Shown here: in pieces, positions 61,160 through 63,448 of the stretch
Layout of the letters: every line of letters begins with the position of its first letter
How positions within the stretch are numbered: position 1 is the stretch's first letter
Assembly: GCF_001194135.2 (NCBI RefSeq)
Contig: NC_068981.1
Location: 58,246,035-58,309,482 of the forward strand
Direction: 5' to 3'
DNA: 63,448 nt
Source of the DNA: Octopus bimaculoides
Taxonomy: Eukaryota
The notes under the pieces: generated by a model
Databases searched by the model: none
What the model saw: the letters and a program-made list of their open reading frames with translations, nothing else
What the model was told of the DNA's origin: nothing
Position numbers and translations under genes: made by a program

Positions 61160-62994
61160 ATAGGGTCCCCCGATCCCTTATCTGGTGGTCAATGAGGAAA
61201 CTAAGGATAGATGAATGGTTAGTGAGAGCTGTGCAAGCCATGTACAGGAACACTGTCAGTAAGGTGAGAGTTGGCAATGAGTACAGTGAAGAATTCCGGG
61301 TAGAGGTAGAGGTCCACCAAGGTTCTGTCCTCAGTCCCCTCCTATTTATCATAGTCCTCCAGACAATAACACAGGAATTCAAGACAAATTGCCCCTGGGA
61401 GCTCCTCTATGCTGATGACCTTGCTCTAATTGCTGAGTCACTACCAGAACTAGAAAAGTTTCAGGTGTGGAAGTAAGGATTAGAATCGAAGGGCCTTAGA
61501 GTCAACATAGCTAAAACCAAAGTCCTAATAAGTAGAAAGGTAGACAAACCACAAACCCCTTCAGGTAGATGGCCCTGCTCGATCTGTAGGAAAGGTGTAG
61601 GTAGAAACTCTATAAGATGTACCCAGTGTAAGCTATGGACACATAAGAGGTGCAGCAATATCAAAGGAAGGCTAACTAGCAAGCTAGTTTTTGCATGTGG
61701 CAGATGCTCAGGAGCAATAAACACTGGAAATGTGCGGAGGACAACTTCTGCCACATTCCAGGGAGAAAAACTAGAAGTAGTTGATAGCTTCCATTACTTA
61801 GATGACCAAGTCAGTAGTGGGGGAGGGTGCGCTGAAAGTGTAGCTGCTAGAATAAGAATAGCCTGGGCAAAGTTCAGAGAGCTCTTACCTCTGGCTTTTA
61901 CTCTGAGCGAGAAGACAAAGGGCTTCTTGCTCAGAGTAAAAGTCAGACTGTATGATGCATGTGTATGGACAGCCATGCTACATGGCAGTGAAACATGGGC
62001 CGTGACTGCTGAGGACATGCATAAGCTCACAAGGAATGAAGCCAGTATGCTCCGATGGATGTGTAATGTCAGTGTGCATACTCGACAGGGCATAAGTGCC
62101 TTGAGAGAAAAGTTGGACCTTAGAAGCATCAGTTGTGGTGTGCAAGGGAGACGATTGCACTGGTATGGTCATGTAGCGAGAATGGACGAGGATAGCTGTG
62201 TGAAAAAGTGCCACAGCCTAGCGGTTGAGAGTACCCATGGAAGAGGTAGACCCAGAAAGACCTGGGATGAGGTGGTGAAGCACGACCTTCGAACATTAGG
62301 CCTCACTGAGGCAATGACTTGTGACCAAGACCTTTGGAAACATGCTGTGCGTGAGAAGACCCGGGCAAGACAAATGAGACCATAACCTGTGGCCTTTACC
62401 AGGGGTGTAGTCAGCCCACTTATGCGTACCTTTCCTTCTTTGAACACAAAACCCTGCTTGCGAAGACCTGTTGAGGCAAGTGAAATCGAAATCGAAAATT
62501 GAACCAAATTCGTTGACTGGCACTCATGCCAACCTTCCTTCATTGGACACTAAACACAGCTTGCGAAGACCTGTTGGGCAATTGAGATCAAAACTGAACC
62601 AAATTCGATGACTGGCGCCCATGCCAATGGAGTGCTGGCAGCACCATCCGAGCAGGATCACTGCTGGAGCAGCGATCTTGCTTCCATGTCAGTTGCACGT
62701 AAAAAGTACCATTTGAGCACGATCGTTACCAGCTTCACCTTACTGGTATTCGTGCTGGTGGCATGTGAACAAAACATTGGACTGACTCCTGTGCAGGACT
62801 GGCCCTTGTACCGGAGGCATGTCAAAAGCACCCACTACACTCTTGGAGTGGTTGGTGTTAGGAAGGGCATCCAACTGTAGAAACTCTGCCAAATCAGATT
62901 GGAGTCTGGTGTAGCCATCTGGTTTGCCAGCCCCCAGTCAAATCGTCCAACCCATGCTAGCATGGAAAACGGACGTTAAATGATGATGATGATA

Positions 62995-63026
<32 letters not shown>

Positions 63027-63050
63027 AATGATGATGATGATGATGATGAT
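61160..63050 (+). mobile_element. RTE LINE (main family), best-preserved 5'-truncated copy: RT 3' half, PHD insert, C-terminus, 3' UTR, (GAT)n
   Basis: VHQGSVLSPLLF, WELLYADDL, GLRVNIAKTKV, FHYLDD, WYGHVARM, GRGRPRKTW. One frame with a single TAA at 61474-61476; stop at 62385. Confidence 0.95.
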
Positions 63051-63058
63051 ATATATAT

Positions 63059-63448
63059 AAGGCAGACTGTATGACGCATGCGTACGAACGGCCATGCTAC
63101 ATGGCAGTGAAACATGGGCTGTAACTGCTGAGGACATACGTAAGCTCGCAAGGAATGAAGCCAGTATGCTCCGTTGGATGTGTAATGTCAATGTGAATAC
63201 CCGTCAGAGTGTAAGTATCTTGAGAGAAAAGCTGAACATTAGAAGCATCAGTTGTGGTGTGCAAGAGAGACAACTGCGCTGGTATGGACATGTGGTGAGA
63301 ATGGATGAGGATAGCTGTGTGAAAAAGTGCCACACCCTAACAGTTGAGGGAACCCGTGGAAGAGGTAGGCCCAGGAAGACCTGGGCTGAGGTGGTGAGGC
63401 AAGACCTTCGTACATTGGGCCTCACCGAGGCGATGACTACTGACCGAG
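63059..63448 (+). mobile_element. Second RTE fragment directly after the tail of the previous copy (runs off the window)
   Basis: GRLYDACVRTAMLHGSETWAVTAEDIRKLARNEASMLRWMCNV...GRGRPRKTWAEVVRQD. Confidence 0.9.

Overview
Eukaryotic, AT-rich, gap-containing genomic DNA. The repeat content (RTE LINEs with (GAT)n tails, tRNA-derived SINEs, abundant CA/TA microsatellites) is what I recognise as octopus-type; the species is an inference. No intact host gene is evident. Most of the window is transposable elements: two Penelope-like (RT + C-terminal GIY-YIG) remnants, an internally deleted Helitron with both termini, about 7 copies of one RTE family that carries a PHD-type zinc finger inside its RT, a second RTE lineage, mariner fragments, several MITEs, a probable solo LTR and at least four SINE families. 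The two most notable observations are (i) a tRNA-headed SINE fused to a type I hammerhead-ribozyme module (14415-14686) and (ii) two head-to-tail, heavily decayed minus-strand copies of a KIAA0825-like gene (~20200-33060). The KIAA0825 identity comes from by-eye motif matching to the human protein as I remember it, not from a search. Most long ORFs in the track are microsatellite or N-gap artefacts. Many boundaries are approximate.
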